Both the position numbers and the translations under genes were made by a program. From assembly GCA_964291215.2 (NCBI GenBank), contig OZ219790.1, positions 1,792,001-1,856,000 on the forward strand: a DNA stretch of 64,000 bases, given 5' to 3'. This document shows, one piece after another, positions 10,592 to 23,490 of this stretch (positions within the stretch are counted from its first letter, which is position 1; each line of letters opens with the position of its first letter). This DNA comes from Alphaproteobacteria bacterium. Its GTDB lineage: Bacteria; Pseudomonadota; Alphaproteobacteria; MPNO01; UBA830. The notes under the pieces were generated by a model. That model saw nothing but the letters and a program-made list of their open reading frames with translations, did no database searches and was not told the origin of the DNA.

Positions 10592-11419
10592 CTACCAGCG
10601 CATCGAACGCGACCGGAGCGTCACCGATTGCCGCACCAGGGGAACCGACGCCATGGTGGCGGCCGAATCCGCATCATCGTCCCGGCGCGTCACATAACGC
10701 CCGCCAAAGCTCAACTCCAGCGGGTCCTCGGAGAAGGGGTACGGATCGACCCGATAGCGGCCACCACCGAGCGGTGTGACGGTTACGTCTGCATCCTCGG
10801 TTTCGGATCTCGGCACATGCGGAAAAGTAGCCGTCCCGCGAGCGCCTTCGTGGACACGATTGAAATAGAGCGCGAGCGTGTCGAAGAACTGGAGGTGTTT
10901 GTAGGTTGTCATCAGTCGCTGCTCGAGAACCCACGAAGCCGTTTCGGGATTGTTCCGCAGCAGCCTTTTCAGCCGTTCCTGACGACTCTCCTCATGCCCA
11001 AGCATTTCGCGCGCCGCATCCACGTACTCTGCCGCGACCTTGTCGAGAAGCACGATATCGGACAGTCCGTAGCGACCGTTATAGAGCCCCCAGGAATGCA
11101 TGCTCGACAGCAATCCGGAAAACGGGTAATGGGCCTCGTTGAAATCGGGCGACTTCCGGCTCGTGGTCATCAGCAGATCGAACGGAGTCTCGGCCAAGTT
11201 GTAGGGATATCCTGTGACCGAATCGATCAGGAAACGGGCGTCCAGATCAGCCCATCCCGCATCGTGGTTGGCGATAGCGAAATGGACCTCGTCGTCCGCG
11301 GAAACCGGCTCGAAACCGTCGTTTCCGAATGCGCGTGCCATCTGCGCAGACAGCGACGTGTGCTCCGCCATCGGAATGACAAAACGCGGCGCACCGTCCT
11401 CGGCAGTCTGAACGATCAT
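10592..11419 (-). CDS. DUF3891 family protein
   Basis: EHTSLSAQMARAFGN, AIANHDAGW, LQFFDTLALY, VDPYPF. Confidence 0.75.
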   Translation of the reverse strand: MIVQTAEDGAPRFVIPMAEHTSLSAQMARAFGNDGFEPVSADDEVHFAIANHDAGWADLDARFLIDSVTGYPYNLAETPFDLLMTTSRKSPDFNEAHYPFSGLLSSMHSWGLYNGRYGLSDIVLLDKVAAEYVDAAREMLGHEESRQERLKRLLRNNPETASWVLEQRLMTTYKHLQFFDTLALYFNRVHEGARGTATFPHVPRSETEDADVTVTPLGGGRYRVDPYPFSEDPLELSFGGRYVTRRDDDADSAATMASVPLVRQSVTLRSRSMRW

Positions 11420-12038
11420 GGCAGCCTCGCAATTCTTGATTGCACTCCGGCAGTGTATCACCAGCGCCGAGCGGCGTCACCGGACAGAGCAGCGACGGGC
11501 ATGCGGAAACATCCACGACGATCCGCCGCCCTCCGCCACATAGGGCACCGCAGGAGAAAACGCACGGTTGCCGAACTGGTGGCTCTGTTCTGCCTGCCGT
11601 CACGCCGGAAACCTGATCGATCACCGGGGTCTCGCGCCGGATCGGGAGAGCGTCGACGGAACGGCCGCTCCATGGCCTGCTTTTCGGACCCGGTCCTTCC
11701 GATCTGCAGTTCATCAACCGTGCAGCCGGATCGGCCGGTCTGCACGGTGTTCTCTCACTGCGGTTTCCGGATCGCCCCGAGCCGTCCCGCCACAGGCCCA
11801 GTTCGGAAGAACTTCCTGCGCACAGGTGCCCGTCGGGCACCGCAGACAACTCAGGAGAAGGTTTCGAACGCGGTGTTCATGGTCCGGCGAATGCGGCCTT
11901 CCACGCCCCCTCCGGCAGCTCCCGCATCAGTACCAGGACAGCCAGCGGAAGACTTCGGGGCATGGCGGGGACAGACGTCTCGCTCGCCCCGCTCGTCCGG
12001 GACGTGCGCAAGGCGAATCCGGAGGGCGCGAGCCGTAA

Positions 12039-12248
12039 TCAGGCGACCTTGCGCCGCGGTTCCGGTTCGCGATAAGCCATTTCCGCATGTTTCTGACAAT
12101 AGGAATAGCCCTGATCCGTCGGATCGCCGCAAAAATGGAAATCGTCCTCGCCTGGCTCGCCGAACGGCCACTGGCATGTCCGATACGGCGACGGTCCATG
12201 ATTGAACAGACGCGCGATACTAAGGGTGTTTCGTTGTTTCTGGCTCAT
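12039..12248 (-). CDS. Small GcrA-like protein (C-terminal Cys domain only)
   Basis: TCQWPFGEP..DFHFCG....YCQKHAEMAY matches the GcrA C-terminal signature; GAAGG RBS-like sequence before ATG. Confidence 0.75.
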   Translation of the reverse strand: MSQKQRNTLSIARLFNHGPSPYRTCQWPFGEPGEDDFHFCGDPTDQGYSYCQKHAEMAYREPEPRRKVA

Positions 12249-13088
12249 CCTTCGACACCTGATCATACAAAGCGCCGCTTCGCACACGCGATGGTGCGAC
12301 GCAGCGCCCTTCGAGATTTTCGTGATATCTTGTCTGACGACAACGGCAATATAGGGATTATTGCGAGAAAATCCAGCCTTGGACAAAATTATTTGCCACC
12401 GGCGCGATTCTCCGGCTTGCCCCGGACACGACGGGCGCGAATCTGCAGACCGCTTGCCAGCACACACCCCAACTCGGGACAGCTGGCTGCAGTTCCGCCG
12501 GACGATTGCGGGCGGCTGGCATGACGATGGCCGGGATCGGCGGTCCGCTTGCATTCTGCCGATGTCCGGTGGCGCGGTCGAGCGGACAACGGTGTCGAAG
12601 CCCCGAACCTCAGATCGGGACAGCAAGAGGCAGTTTCCGATACCGGGCCAGCCCGTTTTCCGAACCATGCGTGGAGTGAACAATTGGCAACAGAGACGAA
12701 AAAAGGCGCCTCGGTAGCGAATTCAACAAGTGCAGCTTCATCGCCGCCGGATGCCGGCATCGTATGTTCCGGGAGCGCACCGGCCCCGCTCTCGACACGG
12801 CGGAGCCGCATGCGTGGAGGCTGTCGAAGCAGCCGCCTTCTTCGACAACCTCCAGGATTTGGCGCCGGAACCCGGGCTCCAGACAACTCGGGAGTCCCCC
12901 CGGAGACATCCGGACCCCATCGATGAGCGCATCGGTCATCATGCTCTCCGTCTCGTTCCGGCCCGGTTCGACGCCGTTGAACATTGACTCTCCGTGTCCG
13001 TCAGCAAGAATGCCGTCGTATGATGCGGTCGGGCCGAAGCGGCCGGAACCTTCCGCGCGGAACGCAAGTAACGGACGAGGGGCCGAGA

Positions 13089-13688
13089 ATGCGGGGATAT
13101 CGAAGAGCGCTGATCATGGCGGCAGCCTGCCTTGCCGTCATCGCGCTGGCGGGGGCCGCGGGGTACGCGCTCTACGGCACCGGCAAGGGCGGGATCGTAC
13201 AGATCGGAGGCCCGTTCTCGCTCGTGGACCATCGCGGACGGGCGACGCACGACACCGATTTCCGGGGCCGCTACATGCTGGTCTATTTCGGCTACACGTT
13301 CTGCCCGGACATCTGTCCGTCCACGCTGCAGATCATGGCCGCCGCCCTGGATAAACTCGAAACGCCGCGCCGCGACCGGATCACACCGGTCTTCATCACC
13401 ATAGATCCCGGACGCGATACCGCAGCGCATCTTGCCGAGTATGTCGCCAGCTTCCACCCGCGCATGGTCGGCCTCACGGGTTCCAACGAACAGATAGCGG
13501 CAGCGGCCCGGGCGTATCGCGTCTATTTCGGGAAGTCCGCGGACAGCGGTTCGGACAGCGACTACCTGATGGACCACAGCTCCATCATTTTCCTGATGGG
13601 CCCGGATGGCGGCTACGTAACTCATTTCACCCACGCGACGGCACCCGACCGGATCGTCGCCGCGCTGCGCAAGCATGTCGGAACCTGA
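13089..13688 (+). CDS. SCO family copper chaperone
   Basis: [20 protein letters not shown] (CxxxC), YLMDHS. Confidence 0.93.
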   Translation: MRGYRRALIMAAACLAVIALAGAAGYALYGTGKGGIVQIGGPFSLVDHRGRATHDTDFRGRYMLVYFGYTFCPDICPSTLQIMAAALDKLETPRRDRITPVFITIDPGRDTAAHLAEYVASFHPRMVGLTGSNEQIAAAARAYRVYFGKSADSGSDSDYLMDHSSIIFLMGPDGGYVTHFTHATAPDRIVAALRKHVGT

Positions 13689-13690
13689 GC

Positions 13691-14131
13691 ATGCCCGGCA
13701 GCGAACCGTTCTGGAAGACCAAATCGCTCGAGGAGATGATCCCCGAAGAATGGGAGTCGCTCTGCGACGGCTGCGCCCGCTGCTGCCTGCTCAAGCTCGA
13801 GGATGTCGATAGCGGCGAGGTTTCCTATACCGAGATCGCCTGCCGCCTGCTCGACCTCGGGACCTGCCGCTGCACGGATTACGCGAAGAGGGCGGCCCGG
13901 GTGCCGGACTGCGTGCGGGTGACGCCGGAATTCGCGCGCAGCGGGGAATGGCTGCCGTCAACCTGCGCCTACCGCCTGGTCGCAGAAGGCAAGGATCTCT
14001 TCTGGTGGCACCCCCTGGTATCCGGCGATCCCGGTACCGTGCACGAAGCCGGCATCTCTGTCCGCCACCGGGTAATTCACGAATCCCGGCGCATCGACCC
14101 CGAGGACCACATCGTCTCCTGGCCGAAATAG
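13691..14131 (+). CDS. YcgN family cysteine-cluster protein
   Basis: [29 protein letters not shown]. Confidence 0.92.
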   Translation: MPGSEPFWKTKSLEEMIPEEWESLCDGCARCCLLKLEDVDSGEVSYTEIACRLLDLGTCRCTDYAKRAARVPDCVRVTPEFARSGEWLPSTCAYRLVAEGKDLFWWHPLVSGDPGTVHEAGISVRHRVIHESRRIDPEDHIVSWPK

Positions 14132-14148
14132 GCCAGGTGCGGCAGCAC

Positions 14149-16080
14149 CTACCCTTGCGGCCGGAGGGCGGCGGCCATGAACTCGCGCCACAGCGCCGCC
14201 GGCAGAGTGCCGCCGGTAACCCGCTTCATCGGCTTCCCGTCGTCGTTGCCCATCCATATGCCGGCAACGAGATAGTCGGTATAGCCGACGAACCAGGCGT
14301 CCCGGAACTGCTGGCTGGTGCCGGTCTTCCCGGCGGCCGGCACACCGGGGTTGGCGCGCCTTCCCGTGCCCGACGAGATCACGGCGCGCAGCAACCTGTC
14401 CATCTGCCGCGCCTCGTCGCGCCCGACGACCTGCGACGAAACGCCGGGCCGCCTTCTGTACAGCACTTCCCCCGAACGCCGGCGGATCTCGACGATGCCG
14501 TGGGGCCAGACGAGAACACCGCGGTTCGCGATCACGCCGTATGCGGCCGTGAGTTCGAGCAGCGACAGTTCGTTTGCGCCGAGCGCCAGGCTCGGATGCG
14601 CCCGCAGCGGCGCGGTGACACCTAGCCGCCGAGCCACGTCGATGACGCGGCCGCGGCCCACCGTCTCGGATACCCGGACTGCCACCGTGTTGATCGATTG
14701 CACCAGCGCCTCGCGCATGGTGACGCGGCCGCGGTAGCGATCCGGATAGTTGCGCGGCCGCCACTTGCCGACGGCGAACGGCTCGTCGACGAAGGTGTCG
14801 CCCGGCCGGAGGCCGCTTTCGAGAGCAGCGAGATAGACGAACAGCTTGAAGACCGATCCCGGCTGGCGCAGCGCGCGGCTGGCCCGGTTGAACTGGCTCC
14901 TGGCATAGTCCGTGCCGCCGACGAGCGCACGCACCGCGCCGTCGGGAGTCATCGCGACCAGCGCCGCCTGACCGACGCCACGCTGCCGCCCGACGCCGGC
15001 AACCGTCTTGCGGAGCCGTTCCTCGGCGAGGCGCTGCAATCGCAGATCGAGAGTCGTCCGCACGACGAGGTCGCCGTTTCCCGACCCGACGAAACCGGCT
15101 ACCTGCTCCAGCGCCCAGTCGAAGAAATACCGTGCGGTGCGGCTCGCGCGGAAGGGCACGGCGACCGAGAGTTTCTGCCGAAGCGCCCGGTCGAGGCGCC
15201 CTTCGTCGATAAACCCGGCATCACGCATGGCGCGGAGCACGACCCGTGCGCGCTTTTCGGAAAGCTCGCGATTGCGCAGCGGTGAATAGCGCGACGGCGC
15301 CTTGAGAAGGCCCGCGATCGCGGCCGATTCGAGCAGGCCGAGCCGGCGCGCCGACTTGCCGAAAAACCGCCGCGCCGCGCCGTCGACGCCATAGGCGCCG
15401 GAGCCGAGATAGACGCGGTTCATGTAAAGCGTGAATATCTGCTTCTTGGTGAAGCTGGCCTCGAGCCAGAACGCGAGCAGCAGCTCCTGGACCTTGCGGC
15501 GCACTGTGCGTTCCGGCGTGAGAAACAGATTCTTAGCAAGTTGCTGGGTCAGCGTGCTGCCACCCTGCCTGACCCCCCCGGCGAAGAGGTTGACGAACAG
15601 CGCCCGCGCGATGGCAACTGGATCGAAACCGCCGTGATCGAAAAAGCGGCGGTCCTCGATGGCCAGGATCGCATCCCTCAGATGCGGCGGCACTTCGTCG
15701 AGCGACAGTGATTCGGCGTAGAAATCGCCATAGGTCAGGATCGGCCGGTCGCGGATGTCGGTGAGCGTAACGCTGGCGCGGCGCGTCGGCGCCTCAAGTC
15801 GTTCGACCTGCGGCAGATCGTAGGCGAACCAGGCGACGAGCCCAGCCAGACCGACCGCTCCCCAGACCGCCACAATCAATGTCCAGCGCATCACCGCAGC
15901 CAACCGCCGCCGCGCGGGCTTCGCCGGAGGACGACCGGAACCCTTGTCGGACCCTTCCGTCTTTGCGCGCCGGGCCGGGCGGGACGCGTTCGCCCTTTGC
16001 GATCCGGAGCCCTTGCCGGACCCGGCCGATCCTCCGGCCGCGTGGCCGGATCGGGTACCTCTGCGTCGTGTTCCCGCCAT
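14149..16080 (-). CDS. Class A penicillin-binding protein (transglycosylase-transpeptidase)
   Basis: EDRRFFDH, GGSTLTQQL, RKVQE; SxxK (SVFK), SIN, KTG. Confidence 0.93.
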   Translation of the reverse strand: MAGTRRRGTRSGHAAGGSAGSGKGSGSQRANASRPARRAKTEGSDKGSGRPPAKPARRRLAAVMRWTLIVAVWGAVGLAGLVAWFAYDLPQVERLEAPTRRASVTLTDIRDRPILTYGDFYAESLSLDEVPPHLRDAILAIEDRRFFDHGGFDPVAIARALFVNLFAGGVRQGGSTLTQQLAKNLFLTPERTVRRKVQELLLAFWLEASFTKKQIFTLYMNRVYLGSGAYGVDGAARRFFGKSARRLGLLESAAIAGLLKAPSRYSPLRNRELSEKRARVVLRAMRDAGFIDEGRLDRALRQKLSVAVPFRASRTARYFFDWALEQVAGFVGSGNGDLVVRTTLDLRLQRLAEERLRKTVAGVGRQRGVGQAALVAMTPDGAVRALVGGTDYARSQFNRASRALRQPGSVFKLFVYLAALESGLRPGDTFVDEPFAVGKWRPRNYPDRYRGRVTMREALVQSINTVAVRVSETVGRGRVIDVARRLGVTAPLRAHPSLALGANELSLLELTAAYGVIANRGVLVWPHGIVEIRRRSGEVLYRRRPGVSSQVVGRDEARQMDRLLRAVISSGTGRRANPGVPAAGKTGTSQQFRDAWFVGYTDYLVAGIWMGNDDGKPMKRVTGGTLPAALWREFMAAALRPQG

Positions 16081-16136
16081 CGCGTTACATGTAATATGCC
16101 GATTCGAAAGCCATTCGTCGCCGACGCTCCGAAGGA

Positions 16137-16655
16137 GTGAACATGAGCTCCACAGCCACCATCCTTGTTCGCCCAGCGGTTCGCGCAGACGCCGAGGCGG
16201 TTGCGACCTTGGCGCAGCAGTCCCGCCCGCCGGGCAGGAGCAGGCCGTCGGAACTGTCGGCAGAGATATTCCTGCGCGACGGATTTGGCAACAATGCCGC
16301 TTTCCGGACGCTCATCGCCGAGGCCAACGGAGCTGCGCGCGGATACGCGATCTATTTTTGGGGGTATGATCCCGGGAGCGCTACACGGGGTGTCTATCTC
16401 GCAGCACTGTTCGTCGATGAGCACTGGCGCCGCAGGGGCATCGGACGGGCGCTGGTGCGCGGCCTTGCCCGGCTGGCCAGCACCGAGGGCGGTCGATGGG
16501 TTTTCTGGTCGGTCCTCAAGAACGACCGTCGCGCACGGCGCTTCTACCGCACACTGGCGCCCGAGCTTGCAAATGTCGTGGTCTGCGCGGCATACGGCCA
16601 GGATTTCGACCGCATCGCAGTCCCCGGCGGTCAGGACCGCGCTACCAATGACTAA
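16137..16655 (+). CDS. GNAT family N-acetyltransferase
   Basis: [16 protein letters not shown] acetyl-CoA motif; N..ARRFY. Confidence 0.85.
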   Translation: MNMSSTATILVRPAVRADAEAVATLAQQSRPPGRSRPSELSAEIFLRDGFGNNAAFRTLIAEANGAARGYAIYFWGYDPGSATRGVYLAALFVDEHWRRRGIGRALVRGLARLASTEGGRWVFWSVLKNDRRARRFYRTLAPELANVVVCAAYGQDFDRIAVPGGQDRATND

Positions 16656-17741
16656 CGGCTCCGCCTTGATCCTGCGCCGGCCAGACGACTGGCACGTCCA
16701 TCTCCGTGACGGCGAGATGCTCGCCGCCGTGGCGCCCTTCACCGCAAACGTCTTCGGCCGCGCGATCGTCATGCCCAATCTCGTGCCGCCAGTGGTCACC
16801 ACCGCGGACGCCCGCGCCTATCGCGAGCGGATCCTCGCGGCAACTCCGCCCGGAGCCGGCTTCACGCCGCTGATGACGGCGTATCTCACCGACAACACCA
16901 GCCCGGATGATCTCGCCGCGGGCCACGCCGCGGGCGTGCTCACCGCCGCCAAGCTCTATCCGGCAGGCGCCACGACGAACTCGGACCGCGGCGTGACCGA
17001 CACCGCCGCGATCCGGGATGTCTTGGCCTGCATGGAACAGCTGGGCATGCCGCTCCTCTTGCACGGCGAGGTCACCGATCCCGAAATCGACATCTTCGAC
17101 CGCGAGGCCGCGTTCATCGAACGGATCCTCGGGCCCGCCCTCGACCGCCATCCCGACCTGCGGGTCGTGCTCGAACACGTGACGACGGCGGACGGCGTAG
17201 AGTTCGTGCGCAGCGCCGGAAGCCGCGTCGGCGCCACCATCACGCCGCACCATCTCGTCCTCAACCGCAACGCGCTGTTCGCCGGCGGTATCCGGCCCCA
17301 CATGTACTGTCTTCCGGTGGCCAAGCGCGAGCACCACCGGCTGGCGCTGCGCGACGCCGCGGTTTCCGGGGAACCGTCGTTCTTTCTCGGAACGGATTCG
17401 GCGCCCCATCCGGTATCCGCCAAACTCGCGGAGTGCGGATGCGCCGGCATCTTCAACGCCCCGACCGCGCTCGAGACCTATGCCCAGGTCTTCGACGACG
17501 AGCGGGCGCTCGACCGGCTTGAGGCATTCGCGTCGCTGAACGGGCCGGCATTCTACGGATTGCCGCCGAACCGGGACACGGTCGCTCTGGAACGCGGCAC
17601 GCGCCGCAGCGCGCCGGTCATTCGGACAGGCGGGGACGAGGTGGTCTGCTTCGCTCACGGAGAGGGGCCCGGTTGGCGGATCGCGCGCCGGGAGACCAGC
17701 CCACCGGCGCGGCTGCGCCAAGGCAGAGCTGGAGACGTGCA

Positions 17742-17745
<4 letters not shown>
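16648..17745 (+). CDS. pyrC: Dihydroorotase
   Basis: [37 protein letters not shown]. Confidence 0.95.
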
Positions 17746-19238
<1,493 letters not shown>

Positions 19239-19250
19239 CCGCGGGGCCGG

Positions 19251-20207
19251 GTGCGCTCCGTGGAACCCGGCGCCGCCCGTCTGGCGCACTACTGGCTCGC
19301 CCTGCCGGCGAATTTCCGGGGCATATTATGGCTTAGCCTCGGGACGCTGCTGTTCGCGACCGTCGACGTGTTCGTCAAGGGGCTGGGCCAGAAGTTCGAC
19401 GCGACCGAGATCACGTTTTTCCGCTACGTCGCCGGACTGGTCGTGCTCACGCCGCTCTTTCTGCGCATGACCGCGGAAGACATGCGCACACGGAAGCTCG
19501 GCCTGCATGCCACACGCATGAGTTTCGCGTTCGTCGCCCAGGTCCTGGTCATCATTTCGGTGATCCACATGCCGCTGGCCGACGCCACCGCGTTCATGTT
19601 TTCCAAACCGCTGTTCACGACCGTGGTCGCGGTCATCATGCTTCGCGAGATCGTTACCGGCCGCCGCTGGACGGCCACGTTTGTCGGGTTTGCCGGCGTC
19701 CTCGTGATTCTGCGCCCCGGGGCGTCGGGCATCGACGCGATCGCCGTCGTCGCGCTCGGCGCGGCGCTGACCTTCGCCATCGCGAACGTCCTGATCCGCG
19801 TGCTCGCGCGGACCGAACCCACGGTCCGGATCCTGTTCTACTATCACATCGGCGGCGTGCTGGTCTTTGCGGGACCGACCTACTGGTTCTGGAAGACCCC
19901 CGTCGGCCTCGAATGGGTGCTTCTCGGCGGAATCGGGGTCCTGACGACCGGCGGGATGGTGTCGTTCGTGCGCGCCTTCTCCGTTGGCGAGGCCAACGCC
20001 GTCGGACCGGCCGAGAACATGCGCCTGATCTACGCCGCCCTGTTCGGCTTCCTCATCTTTGCCGAAATCCCCACCAGCTGGACAGTTGCCGGCGCACTGA
20101 TCATCGCCGGAAGCACGCTGTTCATCGCCCGCGAGGAGGCGAGCCAGAGGACCGCCGCGAAAGCGTCCGACCAGACGGGAAACACCGCCGCGAAGCGGCA
20201 GCTCTGA
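19251..20207 (+). CDS. DMT/EamA family transporter
   Basis: About 10 TM segments; PLADATA, GFAGVLVILRPG. Confidence 0.88.
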   Translation: MRSVEPGAARLAHYWLALPANFRGILWLSLGTLLFATVDVFVKGLGQKFDATEITFFRYVAGLVVLTPLFLRMTAEDMRTRKLGLHATRMSFAFVAQVLVIISVIHMPLADATAFMFSKPLFTTVVAVIMLREIVTGRRWTATFVGFAGVLVILRPGASGIDAIAVVALGAALTFAIANVLIRVLARTEPTVRILFYYHIGGVLVFAGPTYWFWKTPVGLEWVLLGGIGVLTTGGMVSFVRAFSVGEANAVGPAENMRLIYAALFGFLIFAEIPTSWTVAGALIIAGSTLFIAREEASQRTAAKASDQTGNTAAKRQL

Positions 20208-20271
20208 AGACGCGCCGGACACGCCCCGGGCAGGCCCGGTTCCGGCGAATCCGGCCGGAAGCGGCGGCGCG

Positions 20272-21438
20272 TCAGGAGGCCGGCGCGAGACGGAGAATCT
20301 TCCCCCTGCGCTCATCGGTCACGGCATACACGAAACCGTCCGGTCCGACGCCGACATCCCGGATCCGGCGGCGTTCCGCCTCGAGAAGCCGTTCCTCGCC
20401 CAGGAGCCTCGCGCCGTCGAGCTCAAGGCGGATGATAGCGCGGGACCGTAACCCGGAGATAAGCAGGTTTCCCTGCCAACCCGGGAAGGCGGCGCCGGTG
20501 TAGAACGTCATGCCTCCCGGCGCGATCACCGGCGTCCAGATCACCAGCGGATCCTCCATTCCCGGCGCCGACCTGCGGCCGCTGCCGACCGGCAGGCCCG
20601 AATATTCCACCCCGTGCGACACCACCGGCCAGCCATAGTTGCGTGCCGGTTCTGCAATGTTGATCTCGTCGCCGCCCCGCGGGCCGTGCTCGATCGCCCA
20701 GAGCTTGCCGGAAACCGGATGTATCGCCGCGCCCTGGACGTTGCGATGCCCGTAGGACCAGATCTCGGGGCGGGCCCCGGGCCGCCCGACAAACGGATTG
20801 TCGCGTGGAACGCTACCATCCGGGCGGACGCGGACGATCTTGCCGAGATGGGAGCCGAGCTCCTGAGCCTGCACACGGTAGGACCGGCGCGAACGCTCGC
20901 CCAGCGTGACGAACATGTTGCCGTCGCGGGCGAACACGACTCGCGAGCCGTAGTGCAGTCTGCCGGACAGCCTGGGCAGCTGGCGGAACACGACCGTGAC
21001 GCCCTCGAGAGCTGTCCCGGCAGCATTGAGCCGTCCCCGCGCGACCGCGGTAGAGTTCCTGCCCCCTGATCCGGGTTCGGTGTAGGACAGATAGACGAGA
21101 CGGCTGTCCGCAAAGGCCGGGTCGAGAGTGACGTCGAGCAGGCCGCCCTGGCCGGCATCGGCGACCGCCGGCACGCCGTTGACCGGCGGCGACAGGCGTC
21201 CGGCGCGGCTGACGATCCGGAGCCGGCCCGGTTTTTCGGTGACGATCATCCGCCCGTCGGGAAGGAAGTCGATTGCCCACGGATAGGCCAGCCGGTCGGT
21301 GAGCACCGCGAGCCGTATCCGCGCCCGCTCGGTGTCGAACACGCGCTCGTCGGCGAGCGCCGGCGGCAACATCAAGAGCATCCCGGCGACGACGCATGGC
21401 AGGAAGCCCGACCATGCGCGTGGATTCGATACCGCCAT
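20272..21438 (-). CDS. PQQ-dependent soluble sugar dehydrogenase (YliI-like)
   Basis: Signal peptide; GQGGLLDV, HYGSR, WSYGHRNVQG, EHGPRGGDEIN, NYGWP. Confidence 0.92.
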   Translation of the reverse strand: MAVSNPRAWSGFLPCVVAGMLLMLPPALADERVFDTERARIRLAVLTDRLAYPWAIDFLPDGRMIVTEKPGRLRIVSRAGRLSPPVNGVPAVADAGQGGLLDVTLDPAFADSRLVYLSYTEPGSGGRNSTAVARGRLNAAGTALEGVTVVFRQLPRLSGRLHYGSRVVFARDGNMFVTLGERSRRSYRVQAQELGSHLGKIVRVRPDGSVPRDNPFVGRPGARPEIWSYGHRNVQGAAIHPVSGKLWAIEHGPRGGDEINIAEPARNYGWPVVSHGVEYSGLPVGSGRRSAPGMEDPLVIWTPVIAPGGMTFYTGAAFPGWQGNLLISGLRSRAIIRLELDGARLLGEERLLEAERRRIRDVGVGPDGFVYAVTDERRGKILRLAPAS

Positions 21439-21545
21439 GACCTTTCCCTCCCGGGGACGACTGTCGCTGGCAGGCCGCGCCCTTGCCGGGCGGCGCCTCC
21501 TCCTGTCTAGGTCCTGCGCGGCCGGACGGCGCGCGCACCGGGACG

Positions 21546-22586
21546 CTAGAGAACCTCCGCGGCCACGATCCGAAGCGCATCGACCGTGGCGCCGCCGAGC
21601 AGCAGGGCGGTGATCTCGCCGCGCGCCGCGGACTCCTTCCATGCCGCCAGGCGGTCGGCGATGCGCTCAGGCGGGCCGACCAGGGCAACCTCGTCGACGA
21701 GCGCGTCGGGCACTGCCGCCGCCGCGTCGCCGGGGCGGCCGTCGAGGAAGGCGTCCTGGATCGCCAGCGCCGCGTCCTCGTAGCCCATGCGCCTGACAAA
21801 TCTGTTGTAGAAGTTGCGGTCGCGCGATCCCATGCCGCCGACATACAGCGCAAGATGCCTCTTCAGGGGCTCGCGACAGGCATCGAGATCCGGTCCGACG
21901 CTGATCTGAACGAATGGCGCGACCTCGAAGTCCTCGGCGCTCTTGCCGCCCCCGGCAGCGTCGAGCCCCTCGCGGATCGCCGGTGCGAACAGGTCGAAGC
22001 GCCCGGGGCTCATCCAGACCGGAAAGAAGCCATCCGCGATCTCCGCCGCTGTGCGTATGCCTGCCGGGGAGATCGTGCCGGTATATATCTTCAGCCCCGG
22101 GTCGCCATGCAGGATGCTCTTCAACGGCTTTCCGAGGCCTGTCGCATCGTCACCGTCATAGGGGATCCGGTAGTGGCTCCCGTGATGGACCAGGGGCTGC
22201 TCGCGGGCCAGTATCTTTCGCACGATCCCGATATATTCGCGGGTCCGCTCCATCGGCCGCCCGTAGGCCTGCCCGTACCACCCTTCCGCCACCTGCGGTC
22301 CCGACGGCCCGACGCCGAGCATGAAGCGGCCGCCGGAAAGGTTGTGCAACGTCATCGCCGTCATCGCCGCCATCGCCGGCGCCCGCGCCGGCATCTGCAT
22401 GATCGCCGTTCCGACCTTCAGCCTGCTCGTCTGCGCGAGGATCCAGGCCGCAGGCGTGACGGAATCCGAGCCATAGGCTTCCGATGTCCACGCCGATTCG
22501 TAGCCCAGCGCTTCCGCCTCGCGGATCAAGTCCATATCGACGCTAAAACTCTTGCCCGAATACCCGACGGTCAGACCGAGCTTCAT
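21546..22586 (-). CDS. LLM-class oxidoreductase, probably F420-dependent
   Basis: WTSEAYGSD, TAIMQMPAR, SGGRFMLGVGPSGPQVAEGWYG, ALYVGGMG. Confidence 0.85.
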   Translation of the reverse strand: MKLGLTVGYSGKSFSVDMDLIREAEALGYESAWTSEAYGSDSVTPAAWILAQTSRLKVGTAIMQMPARAPAMAAMTAMTLHNLSGGRFMLGVGPSGPQVAEGWYGQAYGRPMERTREYIGIVRKILAREQPLVHHGSHYRIPYDGDDATGLGKPLKSILHGDPGLKIYTGTISPAGIRTAAEIADGFFPVWMSPGRFDLFAPAIREGLDAAGGGKSAEDFEVAPFVQISVGPDLDACREPLKRHLALYVGGMGSRDRNFYNRFVRRMGYEDAALAIQDAFLDGRPGDAAAAVPDALVDEVALVGPPERIADRLAAWKESAARGEITALLLGGATVDALRIVAAEVL

Positions 22587-22737
22587 GGCTGCGTTCCCCT
22601 TATCGTTCCGGAAGGCTCATCGCACCGGTCCTTACGCCGGAAACGGCGTCATGTCCATCTGTACCGGCGGCCCGCCCCGGCAACCTCCCGGCGCCGGCCG
22701 GAGTGGCAGAGGCCCGGCCGATATGGGACAAGAGGCG

Positions 22738-23490
22738 ATGGAACACGATGCGATCGAACTTGCAGTGATCGCCGCCATCTTCCTGCTCGCCGGTGGGATC
22801 AAGGGCGCGATCGGGCTCGGTCTGCCGACGGTGTCGATGGGGCTGATGGGCGCGTGGCTGCCGGCAGCCGAGGCGGCAGCGCTCCTCGTGCTGCCGGCCT
22901 TCCTTACCAATGTCTGGCAGATGCTCGACGGTCCCCACCTGGCGCGGTGCTGGCGCCGGCTGTGGCCGATGATCGTCACGCTGGCGGTATTCGCGGTCAT
23001 CGGCACGACGGTCATCACAGGAGCGAGAAACGCGCTGACGCTGAGCCTGCTCGGCCTCATGCTGATCGTCTTCGGAGTCCTCAGCCTCCGTGGCACCCGC
23101 TTCAGGGTCCGCAGCAGCCGCGAGCCGGCGCTCGGCCTCGCGGTCGGGACCAGCACCGGCCTGATCACCGGAGCCACGGCAGTGTTCGTGATCCCGTCCG
23201 TCCTCTACATCCAGGCGCTTGAGTTCGACAAGACGGAGTTCACCCAGGCCATCGCCCTGACGGCGTTGACAGCGACCGTCGGCCTCGCCGCCGGCCTCGG
23301 CCTCCACGGGCATTTCGCCGTCGTCGACATCGCGCTTCCCGGCGTCTGCGCAACGCTGACGGCCTTCGCCGGCATGGCCGGCGGTCAGGCAATGCGGCGG
23401 CGCGTGCCCGTCGAGACCTTCCGCCGCTGGGTTCTCTGCGGCCTGATCGCGCTCGGGGCGGCGATGATCCTGCGCGCCGCCGCATCGTGA
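22738..23490 (+). CDS. Sulfite exporter TauE/SafE family protein
   Basis: AGGIKGAIGLG, TNVWQ, repeated TM architecture. Confidence 0.82.
   Translation: MEHDAIELAVIAAIFLLAGGIKGAIGLGLPTVSMGLMGAWLPAAEAAALLVLPAFLTNVWQMLDGPHLARCWRRLWPMIVTLAVFAVIGTTVITGARNALTLSLLGLMLIVFGVLSLRGTRFRVRSSREPALGLAVGTSTGLITGATAVFVIPSVLYIQALEFDKTEFTQAIALTALTATVGLAAGLGLHGHFAVVDIALPGVCATLTAFAGMAGGQAMRRRVPVETFRRWVLCGLIALGAAMILRAAAS

Noticed and set aside
11460-12030. Possible riboswitch or sRNA in long intergenic DNA
   Set aside because: Only generic GC-rich stems; no consensus motif recognised
12610-12984. 124-aa minus-strand ORF as a gene or IS remnant
   Set aside because: No recognisable motif or element ends
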